Origin: Carcharhinus longimanus
Lineage: Eukaryota
NCBI GenBank assembly: GCA_030264375.1
Contig: JASCQW010000160.1
Location: 16,220,111 to 16,284,110, forward strand
Direction: 5' to 3'
Length of the DNA: 64,000 nt
The notes under the pieces: generated by a model
Told to the model about the DNA's origin: nothing
Seen by the model: only the letters and a program-made list of their open reading frames with translations
The model's database searches: none
Shown here: positions 37,690 to 49,711 of the stretch, piece by piece
Position numbering within the stretch: position 1 is the first letter of the stretch
Layout: every line of letters starts with the position of its first letter
Made by a program: the position numbers and the translations under genes

Positions 37690-37950
37690 GTAAAACTGAA
37701 TTCAATGTAAAAAAAATCTGGAATTAAATATCTTCTGATTGAAAACCATTGTCGATAGTTGGTAAAAACCCATCTGGTTCACTAAAGAGTTTAGGGAAGG
37801 AAATCTGCTATCCTTACCTGGTCTGGCCTATATGTGACTCCAAACCCACTGCAATGTAGTTGACTCTCAACTACCCTCTGAGGTACAAGGGCAATTAGGA
37901 ATAGGCAATAATTGCTGGCCCAGACTGCGACACCCATGTCTTACAAATGA
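37690..37950 (+). mobile_element. Interspersed SINE-like repeat (also 58195-58545 on minus, partial at 32915)
   Basis: aaaacccatctggttcactaa...gggaaggaaatctgctatccttacctggtctggcctatatgtgactcc; several copies in the window. Confidence 0.7.
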
Positions 37951-38809
37951 ATAGGAAAAGAGAACTGGCAGAACGATCCAAAGTTAGGATTTAAATTTGT
38001 TTTGTCTGATGGTCCAGCACAATTGCCCAAAGCAAATTAGCCCTTCTGGACAATTGCCAGGTGAATCCTTATATGGAACATCCAAGGGAGATTCTCCAGC
38101 ACGTCTTTGGGGGTTACCCCCAAATGAGACGCTGGGGAGCCAGGAAGTTATGGCCCCTTATATTTAAACAAACCATGCATTACTTCAATTGATCTGTACC
38201 AGAAGGAAACCCTTATTCTTTGATATTACAGAATGAAGTTGTCTTAGCTGTTGATTTCATTAGCTTAAGTGTGGGGCTTGGGTTAAAATATGTTGACTGG
38301 AAAATGTGATTTTATGACTGGTATCAAACAGAAATGTGTCATTTGTTTGTAATGGAATTGGAGTCTGAGGAAGTAAATTACAGAGTTTACAACCCATAAA
38401 GCAGAGAGTGGCACAAGATGACTTGCACCCTGTGGAAGAGGTAAATTTAGACCATTCCCAGAAAAGGAAGTGGTGAGTTATGAGTAGTTAGTGAGAAATG
38501 AAAATTGGAGAATTAGTGTCACTGTTGGCATAGTTTTACCATTGTATCAATGGTATACTTCTATAGTTCATCATTACCCTGAGACAGGAAAAAACAGACT
38601 TCAGCTGCTCTGTCAGTATTCAAGAAATCCTACATGTATCCTTGAGGATAAGTGTATCAAGGCTGTCTTCACTGCTTCTTGTTAAGTATATTTACATTTT
38701 GCTTAATTCAGAAAAATTATAAGTCAAGGACCCTGGTTTTTGAAATTAAAACTTTGGACCTTAAATGTTTTTTAATTGGAAGTGTTTTTGTTATGTGGCA
38801 CTTTTTTTA

Positions 38810-39530
38810 ATCCATTTGTGGGACGTGCATGTCGCTGGTCAACATTTATTTTACTGCCCATTCCTGATTGCCCTTGAGAATCGCTGCAGTCCACGTGCTG
38901 CGGGTTGACCCACAATGCTGTTAGGGAGGAGAATTCCAGGATTTTGACCCAGCGACAGCGAGCGAATAGCTCTATATTTCCAAGATGGTGAGTGGCTTGG
39001 AGGGGAACTTGTAGGTGGTGGTGTTACCATGTATCTGCTACCCTTGTCCTTCTAGATGAAACTGGCTGTGAGTTTGGAAGCTACTGTCTAAGGATCTTTG
39101 ATGAATTGCTGCAGTGCATCTTGTAGATAGTACACACTACTATCTACAAGATGCGTGTCAGTGGTGGAGGGAGTGGATGTTTGCATTTGTGGTATCAATC
39201 AGGCAGGCTGCTTTGTCCTGAATGGTGTCAAATTTCTTGAGTGTTGTTGGATCTCTACCCATCCAGACAAGTGGGGAGCATTACATCACGTTCATGACTT
39301 GTGCCTTATAAATGCTGGACAGGCTTTGGGAGGCAGGAGGTAGTTACTCACCACAGTATTCCTGGCTGCTCTTGTAGCCATTATGTTTATGTGGCAAGTC
39401 CAGTTGAGTTTCTGGTCAATAGTAACACTATTGAATGTCAAGGAGTGGTGGTTAGATTCTCTCTTAATGGTGATGGTCCTTGCCTGCCATTTGTGTGGCG
39501 CGAATGTTACTTGCTACTTGTCAGTCCAAC
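38810..39530 (-). mobile_element. LINE 3' fragment (same family as 14040-14686)
   Basis: colinear with the first copy. Confidence 0.7.
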
Positions 39531-39995
39531 CCTTCTGATATAATTAAGGGATTTCAGATTTTATTAGGAATAAAACATATTTATTGAAGAGAAACCAGGT
39601 AAAAGGGTTTGCAGCCCCAACCCTCTGCTGCTCCAGTCCTCATATGCTTACAACATGGCCTCCAGGTGAATTCTACCTGAGAGAGGATTCCACCTTCTGG
39701 GGTGGTAACTTGCTGTCTGTTCCCATTGGTCCTTCAAGTCAGGTGACCCTCTCTGTACTGTCTTAAAGAGACAGACACCACAATCACTACAGCTCAATAC
39801 CTCAACCCTCAAACTTTTTACCGGCAATCGCTGAGCTAGACCGTTCTATCCTCCAACAGCTGGAGGAAGAAAGCAGTGAGGTAAGGAAGCAGCAGCAGCT
39901 GGAATCCAAAGGGTTTAAGAATCACAATTATTTAGCTTTGTGTCTTGAAATAGTGTTTTTTTTTAACCTTGTGTGTGTATTTCTGTATCTTCTAG

Positions 39996-40070
39996 GACCA
40001 GCCTATGCCTCAACACCGGTTTATGTACCATTACTGAACAATGAAAACATTGTCAATTTCAAATTCCTTG
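39996..40070 (+). CDS. Gene 2 coding exon 4
   Basis: tcttctag|GA...CTTG|gtaagt; RPAYASTPVYVPLLNNENIVNFKFL, family y.PLL motif. Confidence 0.85.
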
Positions 40071-40374
40071 GTAAGTCAAAAATTGCCAACAGTTTTTTAT
40101 TCTTCACATGGAATTAAGAAAGCAATTCTCCTTGTACAATGAAAATGAATACATCAAGCATATCATAGTAATATATTTTGCAGCTAGTGTATACAAAATG
40201 CCATGTAGTTACAACTAAAGTAGCGTGCCAGTTAGAGAACCTATTCAAAAGCAGCACATATTAATCAGGTAGCCAAATGTGAGTTTTAGAATATGTTTTC
40301 ATGCAATGGTAATCCTTATTGCGCTGAGCTCCTGGTATCTCCTCTGCTGTGGAGAAACCCTGACTGCTTTTTCG

Positions 40375-40650
40375 GGATGGTGGCTCACTGGTTAGCAGTG
40401 TTGCCTTACAGCGCCAGGGACTCGGGTTCGATTCCTGGCTTGGGTCACAGTTTATGCGGAGTCTGCACGTTCTCTCAGTCTCTACGTGAGTTTCCTCCCA
40501 CTGTGTGAAGACATGTTGGTTAGGTGCATTGGCCATGCTAAATTCTCCCTCCGTGTACCCAAACCAGCGCCAGAGTGTGATGACCAGGGGATTTGCATAG
40601 TAACTTTGTTGCAGTGTTAATGTAAGTCTACTTGTGTCACAAATAAATAA
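40375..40650 (+). mobile_element. V-SINE, alternative-tail subtype
   Basis: tail gcagtgttaatgtaagtctacttgtgtcacaaataaataa. Confidence 0.85.
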
Positions 40651-42219
40651 CTACATACAAATCCTTCACTTGCTGAAAATAACTCGGGTACTAACAAAAA
40701 CATCTTGTCATTAAGAGTGAAAATAACAATGGGATTATTTTTGTTTGAGGTTGAAAAGTTTTCAAGGTGCGGCTGATTAAATCCAAAGCTATGCAGGCTG
40801 GGTGGACTGGCTATGCGAAATTGCCCTAAGACGTGTAGGTTAGGGGAATTAGCGGAGCAAATAGATGGGGTTATGGGGATAGGGCCTGGGTAAGAATCTC
40901 TGTCCCAAGAGTCAATGCAGACATAAAGGGCCAAATGGCCTCATTCTGCACTGTGGAGATGCTATGATTCCACGGTTCACAAGAAGAAATAAAATGGAGA
41001 ATTATTAACGGGGGTGAGCAGTTACCTGTCCAGCACATCCTGGAATGTCTAGTTTCAGAATCATCTGCCAACTTCTTAAATAACAGGAAAATGTTACAAG
41101 TAATGTGTAATCATAACTGATAAAAACAACATCCTTTTCACAATTTCATTGCTCACAATTTGGAATCAGTTTGTGGATATGCATAAAAGTCGCTGCAAAT
41201 ATATTAGATACATCGTGACAGGGGAAGGTATATAAAATTTAAAATAAATACTTGCACAAAGCAGTTGCATTTATTTAAAGCCTTTTATAGCCTCAGGTTG
41301 TCTCTTACAGGAAGTAATTAGTTTTGATACGCAGTCACTTGTGTTTCTGATGGTTGGGAAAATAAAGTAGCCAGTTTGGGCACAGTCTGATCCCAGGTAT
41401 AAGAATGATCAGATCTTTTTTGGTAAGATTGGCTGAGTGGTAAACATTAAATAGGAATCAGTTGCACAGAAACAGGCCATTCAACCCTTTGCTGACTCTT
41501 TGAAAGTGACTTCCTAAAACCTTGCAAAATTTTTCTTTTTTAAGTAGACATCAAATTCCATTCTGAAAGTTGCTATTGAATCAACTTCCTTGTGCATTCC
41601 AGATCAGAACTCAGAGTAAATGGAATTCTCCTAGTCTTTTCTTCCCCTGGCGAATTTGTCAACAATTTTAAATCTTTCTTGATTAGGGATCTTCCTTCCA
41701 TTGGAAACAGTTTCCCCCTATCTACCTTAGGACTAGAACTTTCCAACTCTCACTGCACAATGTTTTCCTCCATTGGAGGTGGCCTTCCATCAGCTGCTGG
41801 TGAGAGCTTCCAGTCCTGCCAAAGTCTATGCCACTTTGCACGGGTCATCCATCCTGCCGCCAAGAAACCTGCCCACCTTTGGGCAGGATCGGAAGATCCC
41901 AACAACACACAAAGCTGGAAAATCACATCTTATTAAATCTCCCTGTAACTATCTCTGCTCTAAGGATTAATCCGAAAGTATTTGCAGCCGCAAAATCTCT
42001 GATTCTTGTTTTTCCAACATGGCCTCCAATTAATTTGACTTCTCCAACAAATCATTTGCAAAGTGTTTGAAAAGGCTACATTTCTCTCACCTTTAATCAG
42101 CTTTAGTGCTTGTTGGGTCTGTGTTTCTCCATTTTATTGGAACGCTAATGAAAAAGTACAATTAAAGGCAGCTTGGGAGAAAGGGGTTCAAGTCTCTCTT
42201 TGCCTCCTTTATCCTGAAG

Positions 42220-42327
42220 CTCAGCTTGGAGCTCGTCTGGACCTTCCAGGTCAGTCTGAAGGAAAAGCAAAGAAGATGCGCAAAAAGTCCTCATCACCAT
42301 CTCCCTCTCGCTCATCCACCGCAAATG
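42220..42327 (+). CDS. Gene 2 coding exon 5 (basic, Ser-rich tail)
   Basis: cctttatcctgaag|CT...AATG|gtaag; AQLGARLDLPGQSEGKAKKMRKKSSSPSPSRSSTAN. Confidence 0.75.
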
Positions 42328-42696
42328 GTAAGAAGTCATACTTATTGCAATAGCTTCAGTTCCAACTATTATAAACTAGTGCACGTGTAAAATGCATTCT
42401 AATCACATCTTCATTTTACCAAGGTTGCTGGTAATGTTCAATGTTTTTAAAAAAAAAGTCACATCTCTCCCACTACCCTCCTGCATGTGCACTGCTCTAA
42501 CACAAACACTCCACTCCTCCCAGTGGAAGTTCAGCAGAGGGAAGTAGGAGATAATAACTTACCATACTAACTTTTTCAACTTGAGTTAGTAAAATAATTT
42601 TTGGGCTGGTTGGGTTCAAGATTCTATACTGTAAAGATTCTTTACTGTAAAAAAAAAATTGTACATTTTCTGATTGGAGAATATTTTGTTTAAAAG

Positions 42697-42972
42697 TTTA
42701 TCACTTAGTATCACAAGTAGGCTTACATTAACACTGCAGTGAAGTTACTGTGAAAATCCCCTAGTCGCCACACTCCCGCGCCTGTTCGGGTACATTGAGG
42801 GAGGAGCTAGCATGGCCAATGCTTCTAACCAACACATCTTTCGGACTGTGGGAGGAAACCAGAGCACAGGAAATCCCCACAGACATGGGGAGCACATGCA
42901 GACTCCGCACAGTGACACAAGCCATGAATCAAACCCCAGTCCCTGGCTCAGTGAGGCAGCAATGCTAACCAC
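42697..42972 (-). mobile_element. V-SINE, alternative-tail subtype
   Basis: standard head with alternative tail. Confidence 0.85.
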
Positions 42973-43704
42973 ATTTCATGTAACACATTGTTTTTTAAGA
43001 ACAGGGATAGCTGATTTTTAGATAACTAAGAACTCGACCAACAATAGTTTAATTCATCATGTACCTCTGGCTGCTTGGGATCCTTGCAGCAGACTTCTGC
43101 CTGGATCGCAACAACAGCCACTTGTTAAAAAGGTCATTTATTGGCTGTTAGATGCTATGAGGGCCTGAGACTATGAAAGAGGCTAAGTAAGCACAAGCTC
43201 TTTCAGACTGCGAGGAGTTCAAGATTAAAGGGTAAATCAATCACTCACCAACATCTCCTTCACGATAAGCATAAAGAGGCTTGTGCCTTTCTGTTCACCT
43301 CCCTAACCAGGGAAATAGTGCATTTGATAAAAGGTCAGATATTGCCTTTTATGACTGTTTATGACCTCAATTGCACCCAAATTGAAGTTTCACTGGTGTT
43401 GGAAGCATTCTGCAAAATAAGGTCCCACAAATAGAATACATCAGTCAGTTCTATTGAACTGACAGAACTCTGTGCCTTGCTTTCTTTTATGTCCAATTGA
43501 CTGACTAGGCCTCAGTTTAGTGTCTTAACCTTATCCAAAGATATTTCCTTCAGCACTGCACTGATTTGTGAACCTCGTTTGTGTGTTTAAATTTTAAAGT
43601 GGAGTTTAAACACAAAACTGAGTGCTATCGATGTGTCAAAAAGCTTGCAATTAATTTCTTTGCCTTTTAGGCATCAAATTGGGGCATTAAGAATTATACC
43701 CAAG

Positions 43705-43872
43705 TACAGTAAGGAGGCCAACAGGCTTGTTTGGAACGCTGCTCCTTCATCAGGTGAGTGTCCACTCTCTTGATGAAGGAGCAGCGCTCCAAAAGCTCAT
43801 GATTCCAAACAAACTTGTTGTTGTGAGACTTCTTCCTATGGCCACCCCAGATGAACGCCGGCATCTCCACAT
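43705..43872. mobile_element. Inverted pair of Penelope-like terminal repeats
   Basis: ttggaacgctgctccttcatcaggtgagtg / cactctcttgatgaaggagcagcgctccaa. Confidence 0.75.
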
Positions 43873-43981
43873 TGTAACCAAGTAGGGATTGATTTGTATT
43901 AGTCCCTATTTTTTTTTTGTAACTTTGATACTTATTTCCGACAAAAAGGTAATACTTTTCCCCCATATTTTGTTTTGTCAG

Positions 43982-44061
43982 GTAAACAGAGTATTTCACC
44001 CCAAGGGAGAACTAAAAATACCCCAACACCTCGATCAGAGAAGCACGCTCAGAGCACTTAA
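43982..44061 (+). CDS. Gene 2 terminal coding exon
   Basis: ttttgtcag|GT...ACT TAA; GKQSISPQGRTKNTPTPRSEKHAQST*; total CDS 492 nt, all introns phase 1. Confidence 0.7.
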
Positions 44062-44196
44062 CAGTGATGTTGGCATTCTGTTTTATTTATTGTCATCAAT
44101 ATTTATTAAATCTATATTGTTTATAAACAAAACTAATTTTCTAGTCACAAAATTTATGAAACTTCCAATTGGTGCACAAGGCTAGTAATGGAAATC

Positions 44197-44202
44197 AATA
44201 AA
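44197..44202 (+). terminator. Candidate polyadenylation signal (AATAAA) for gene 2
   Basis: AATAAA about 135 nt after the stop codon. Confidence 0.45.
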
Positions 44203-44341
44203 GCAAGTGATAGTCATATTAAATTTTTCTCCCACCTATCTTAGTGCAACAAGTTGTTGATGAACTAAGATCAGTAAAATAGTTTAAATGTTTGTACAAT
44301 GTTGCCCACAGGGTAATGTTTTGAAGCCTCTTTGCCTCAGA

Positions 44342-44347
44342 TTTATT
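44342..44347 (-). terminator. Candidate polyadenylation signal for ATP12A
   Basis: AATAAA on the minus strand about 530 nt past the stop; further candidates at 44082-44107. Confidence 0.35.
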
Positions 44348-44874
44348 ATAGAGTGTTTTGTTTTCACCATAATCCTACGCTGTGCAGAGTATAAAATTGT
44401 GAAGTAAAAGCACAATAGAATGTATTAACAGCTTTTCATTTTCTATCGATTCAATAATTAGATTTAATTAATAAGGTGCAAGTTAGTTGAAAGGCCACAT
44501 ATAATTATTTGATTAGAAATTCACTTGTGCAAACTGCAAAGGACTGGGATATAATTATATGGATGTGGATTTCTTTCTTACACGAGACCTGAAGCAGAGT
44601 TGCTTCTGGAGAACCCAGTGGAGTTGGGTATCCAGCGACTATGTGGTGTGTTTAAACTGGAATCTCTCCAATTGCAAAATACCAAAATTACTGTTCTCCG
44701 ACTTTGCTTCTATATACCGAAGACAGTTTTAACAATAAATGGTACAGCAAAGCTTGTCTTGCTGTATCTATTTTCTGCAGCTGGCAAGACCTCATCTTCC
44801 CCAGTCCTATCAGCACATGTGAGATCTTCAATCCAGTGGTGAAGGATGTTGCATATAGAATTGCAAGATGACTT

Positions 44875-44903
44875 TCAATAATACATGTTTCTGTCCCACC
44901 AAC
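44875..44903 (-). CDS. ATP12A: Non-gastric H+/K+-ATPase alpha, terminal exon
   Basis: ttacag|GT TGG TGG GAC AGA AAC ATG TAT TAT TGA = SWWDRNMYY*; ATP12A ends WWDKNMYY, Na,K-ATPase ends WVEKETYY. Confidence 0.92.
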
Positions 44904-46210
44904 CTGTAACAGTCACATTTTTCTATTAATATTTGAATTATTCAGTAATTCTCAAGACTATCATGACTTAGTTGCACAGTTATAAGTTTTCTTTGTTAGC
45001 AGATAAAGACACAATAGATATGGTCACATATTTCAAGATAAATTGTGGCAAAAAATTATTTTTTTGAAACTTTTTTTTTCATGGGATATGGGCATTGCTG
45101 GCCAGCACTTGTTGCCCATCGCTATGGGTCTGGAGTAAGAATGCAGATTTCTGTCCCAGAAGGTCATTAGTAAACCAGACAGGTTTTTACAGCAATAATT
45201 TCATGCCCACCAGCTGCAATGGATTTGAACCCACTAGGTCACTAACACAAGGCCTCTCCAGTAGGGAAAGTCCCACATGAAACAGAAGTAGACTTAAGGG
45301 ATATGCTGGAGTACCTTTTTTTAACATTTGTTCATGAGATGTGGGCTTGGCCAGCATTTATTGCCCATGCCTAATTACCCTTCAGCTGAGGGCATTTAAA
45401 AGTGAACCAGATGAATTTTTCCAACAATTGTTTCATGGTCAAGAGTAGATTCTTAATTCTAGATAATTCAAATTCCACCATCTGCAATGTTGGGTCTCTG
45501 GATTAGTAGTCCACCACTGCCTCCCCAGTCCCCAATATCCCCTGATGAACCCATTTCTGCTTGTGAAAGGAGCAAACTCTGGGTGAGGTTATATCTGTAG
45601 TCACGAAATTTGACAAATGGGGCCACCCAGCCCCTTACACTCTCAGGAAACTTACTTTCTGAATATCACAAGGCAACAGGTATGGCATCTGTGCTGACTG
45701 GGAAACTGGTGATACCTCCAATTGTTTCCTGCAAAGTTCTAAACTGCACTTCTAAGTAAGTATACTGGATTGAGGGCTGAAGTCGGAGGAATTTTATCTG
45801 CTATGTTGAACAAAAGGGATTGCAAAATGACAATTTCTATTCACAATCTACTGCAATTTCTTCCTTTCAGATCACACAATTTGGAAGGAAGAATCATTTC
45901 ATGAGAAAAAATGGGCAATGTTCACAAAATCTCCCCTCATAAAAGCAATTAAAAACATCATTCAAAAAAGAACTGTGTCATTTTAGGATCCAATTTTTTT
46001 TTTTGCTGCTTTACTTGAAGTACTTGTCAGTGGCACGGGGGTGATGTGAGTACAGCTACGTCAATTTGCACATTTCCGATTGAAGAGGTTGTGTACATTG
46101 CAAGCTGTGTATTTGATGAAAAATCTCTGGTGTCAGACTTTTGCTATACCTCCTTTTGTCATTTGCACTGAAAAAGTTAAAAATTGAGAACCAGTTTTAG
46201 GAAAACTTAC

Positions 46211-46302
46211 TTCCAGGGTATCTGCGGATCAAGAATTTACGAGCTTCATCATACACAAAAATTAAAATTGCGAAAGGTGAGACGACAAACCAGTACTGAA
46301 TC
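46211..46302 (-). CDS. ATP12A: ATP12A exon (M10)
   Basis: 92 nt; [30 protein letters not shown]. Confidence 0.92.
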
Positions 46303-46377
46303 CTATAAAGAATAAAAATATTGATTAGAATTAATACCATGTAACATAACCATATATGATAATGAATCACAAACCAC

Positions 46378-46875
46378 GGGCAGGATTCTCTGGTCTCTCT
46401 GCAGCTTGTTGGGATTTTCCATTGACTCCATCATGCCATCAGGAAACCCACGGCAGGGGCGTATCGTTGGTGGGCACTCTCAGGTGGGCACTGCTTAGCC
46501 ATGTCCCCAACCACACTGGGCGCTTCAATAGCAAAATGACGATTTCTATTCAGATAGGCCTCGGTGGTATCTCATGGCTCATGAGGCTCCAAGCCCCCTG
46601 GATTGGCCATTATCGCAGGTCTCCACTAGATTCTTGTGCGTGCCCGAGGGTCAGAAGATCCCGGGAGCTGGGAGAATTTGGCGTCGAGTGGACTAGGCAT
46701 GTTTAAATGTGTTAACCAGTCTCACAGTCTTTCTGGGCATAATCCAGATTGCACTACTAGAAAGGGACTGAGGTGATTGCAAACCATTCAGCACCAAGTA
46801 CAAAACCCGTTTTCAGGCTTGAACGCTACTTTCCGGGATCGGCGCCAGGCACGGTGAGGCTGGAAAATCACCCCC
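46378..46875. mobile_element. GC-rich MITE, Harbinger-like
   Basis: gggcaggattctc ... ggaaaatcacccc inverted ends. Confidence 0.5.
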
Positions 46876-48403
46876 CCTTGTCTTCTGGGTTGTTCTGTGC
46901 CTTATGGTAAGTTTCAAGTTTATTTCTGTCCTTTGTGGAATAGTTTTAGATAAATTTGCTGTGCACTTTTTGTAACTCGATGTATAGAACTGCAGTTCAC
47001 TGTATGACTGCAAACAGGACAATATTTCAAATTTTATGTTCATTCTAATTTCACTGGTTACTGAGCTGAGATATCCATACTTTATGAAGATTTGATAATG
47101 GTCTAAGTGGGTCACACTCAGCACCAAAATTTGGTTGAATGCCTTTCATATTGCAATGCTTCATAAAGGCTGAGATTTTTCTACTTAAACAGCTTTTAAG
47201 TTGCAGATCTGGGACTTCCAGGTCTATTGCTTTAACAACAATCCATCAATTTCAGCTTTGAAATTTCTAATGCTAGGGGAAAGATTTTTCAATTTTCACT
47301 CCCATTTAACACAAAATAAACCAAGGAATTACCAGTTGTGTTTTGGAGTTGGAAGAGTTATTAGAACTTTTTCATTTACAGTCATTAGCTGAGAACTTCC
47401 TTTATTAATTTTTGAATTGCAATATTATTCTCTAGCTGATCATATTCCTGTCAGATTAATCTGAAATATTTTGGCCAGAATTTTACTGTCCCACCTGCCA
47501 CGGAAATTGGAGTTGNNNNNNNNNNNNNNNNNNNNNNNNNNNNNNNNNNNNNNNNNNNNNNNNNNNNNNNNNNNNNNNNNNNNNNNNNNNNNNNNNNNNN
47601 NNNNNNNNNNNNNNNACGCGCCCCCCCGCCCCGGAAATGGGAGGGGAGGGGGGGGGGGAGAATGCGGTAGGTGGCACAGACCATGGAGAGGTCTGCTGAA
47701 CTTGGGCAGGTTTTTCCAGTTTTGGGGTGAGTAAAGCCAGGAGTCTGTTAGTTGTACACGTAAAGGTATCACACCTGAGCAATGCAATAGAAAGCATAGC
47801 TCAAAACAAGAATACTCACTCTGATTCTGCAATGTTTAAAGAAAATAAACACTGGCTCAGAAGCACTGTGTGTTTTTATAAGTGTCTGGTAGGTAAAGGG
47901 TCAATGTGGGAGTGAGTACAGTACTGGCCCCACAGTGATGTAAGGAGAGCCTGGGGATGGACACAGTTGGGTTGAGACTTAAAATGGGGTCAGCTCCATA
48001 CTTGTATATTCTTCTGTAAATATGTACATTGTTAGAGTTAATAAAGGCTTGCTGTTAGGTGCGGAACAGGGGCTAGGTATTACTTCCTCACAGCTGCAGG
48101 GACCTGGGTTCAATTCTGGCCTTGGGTGAGGGTGGAGAATTTCAACATTCTTCCCTTATCTGCGTGGGATTCCATCAGGTGCTCCGGTTTCCCCCACACA
48201 GTCCAAAAATGCGCGGGTTAGATGGATTAACCATGGCAAATGTTTGGGGTTACAGGCAGGGGGCAAGGGTGCCTGGGTAAGATACTCTATCAGAGAGTCA
48301 ATGCAGGATCGTATGAATGTATTCAATGACTGAAGGCTGTGATGTCCAAAGCAGGATTCTTCACTCAGCATTCGAGCAAACAACATTAGTGTGAATTCCT
48401 CAC

Positions 48404-48505
48404 CTGAGAGGGGTGAAGTGAAGACTGTTTTGCATCCCAGGGCTGTAGCAAAGCAGAAGAGCGATACCAACTTGAGAGAGGAGACCTATCCAGAGCACTT
48501 TATTT
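48404..48505 (-). CDS. ATP12A: ATP12A exon (M9)
   Basis: 102 nt; NKVLWIGLLSQVGIALLLCYSPGMQNSLHFTPLR; SQ in place of Na,K-ATPase EE. Confidence 0.92.
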
Positions 48506-49577
48506 CTAGAAAAGAGATTAGAAAAAAGTTACTGGTTCAGACACTTCCAAAAAAATCTCACTACCCCCACCCCAGTTGTGTTCATGTTGTCATCCCCTTT
48601 TATGCTGCCACTCAGGGGTCACAAATACCCCTCCCATGGTCAAACTGAGACAAAGGCTGGAAAAGAATATCCCCACAAATAATTCAGAAGTATATTCTGT
48701 ACAGGCACCAGAAAACTGTAGCATCCCTTTCAGTGTTTGACCTAAAAATTAGGGAGTAATTTCACCATTTTTTTGTGCTGAGTGGACTGGAAACTGGGAG
48801 AGTTTCAGATCTGTCTTGCGAGTATGTTTTTGAGGCTTCCCCCATACGCACTTGCCTGCACAATTCTGAGTGGGCGGGGCTTAACATGCCTAAAAGTCTG
48901 TACGTGCACATTAGCAGCAGTCTGGCCCCTGCAGTGCAAGCTGCCCCCCAGCCGTCCAGACTGATCATGGACCCACCACTGGTTGCTACAGAGTGGGCAC
49001 CCTCTCCCACATTAGCCCTGCCCAGGTCATACTGCTATGTAAATACTCCTTTATATAAATGTCAATACATTAACCTGCCTCTCAATCATTTCCAGTAAGA
49101 GGCTGACCAAGCCGGAAATCTAGCACTTGTAAAATGGCACCAGTCGTAAAACCCAGCGCTAATTGCTTTACCCTGCTAATCCCACCGACATTTAACATGG
49201 CCAATCCATGTAACATCTTTGGACTGTGGGAAGAAACCAGAGGAAACCCACAGCCATGGGGAGAACGTGCAAATTCCACACAGACAGTCACCCAAGACCA
49301 GAATTGAACCTGGGACCCTGGTGCTGTGAGGCAGCAGTGCGAACCACTGTGCTGCCCTTTAACCTTTGTGAAATAAAATTAAGGGTGGGATTTGGCTACC
49401 TTGCTCCAGTTCCCAAAACTGGAAATGCCCACCTGAGGTCAATGAACCTGTGCATGGTCTGCCCTGCAACCACCCACCACTACGAATCCCATGGTGGGTG
49501 GGACAGGAAAATTTCCCTGAAAAAGTTTAGCAGTCGGGATTTGCTTTGAAGTGCAATATTGCTACATAAAGTCTTAC

Positions 49578-49711
49578 CCAAATATACCCTGCTGGAAAAT
49601 GGAGTTGCGTCTGGTTTTACGAATGATCAAGTCTGCGAGTTGTTCAATGACAATTCCAACAAAGAAAGCCGTGTAGCAGGTCCACTCCATATACCGTCTC
49701 TGCTGATACGT
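49578..49711 (-). CDS. ATP12A: ATP12A exon (M8)
   Basis: 134 nt; [44 protein letters not shown]; IIRKTRR is H,K-type. Confidence 0.93.

Noticed and set aside
39860-39880. 21-nt segment with AG/GT ends in gene 2 intron 3
   Set aside because: Introduces TGA in the required phase; no supporting evidence.
47735-48056. Possible solo LTR (AATAAA, TATA-like box)
   Set aside because: No clear TG...CA ends, TSD or second copy in the window.
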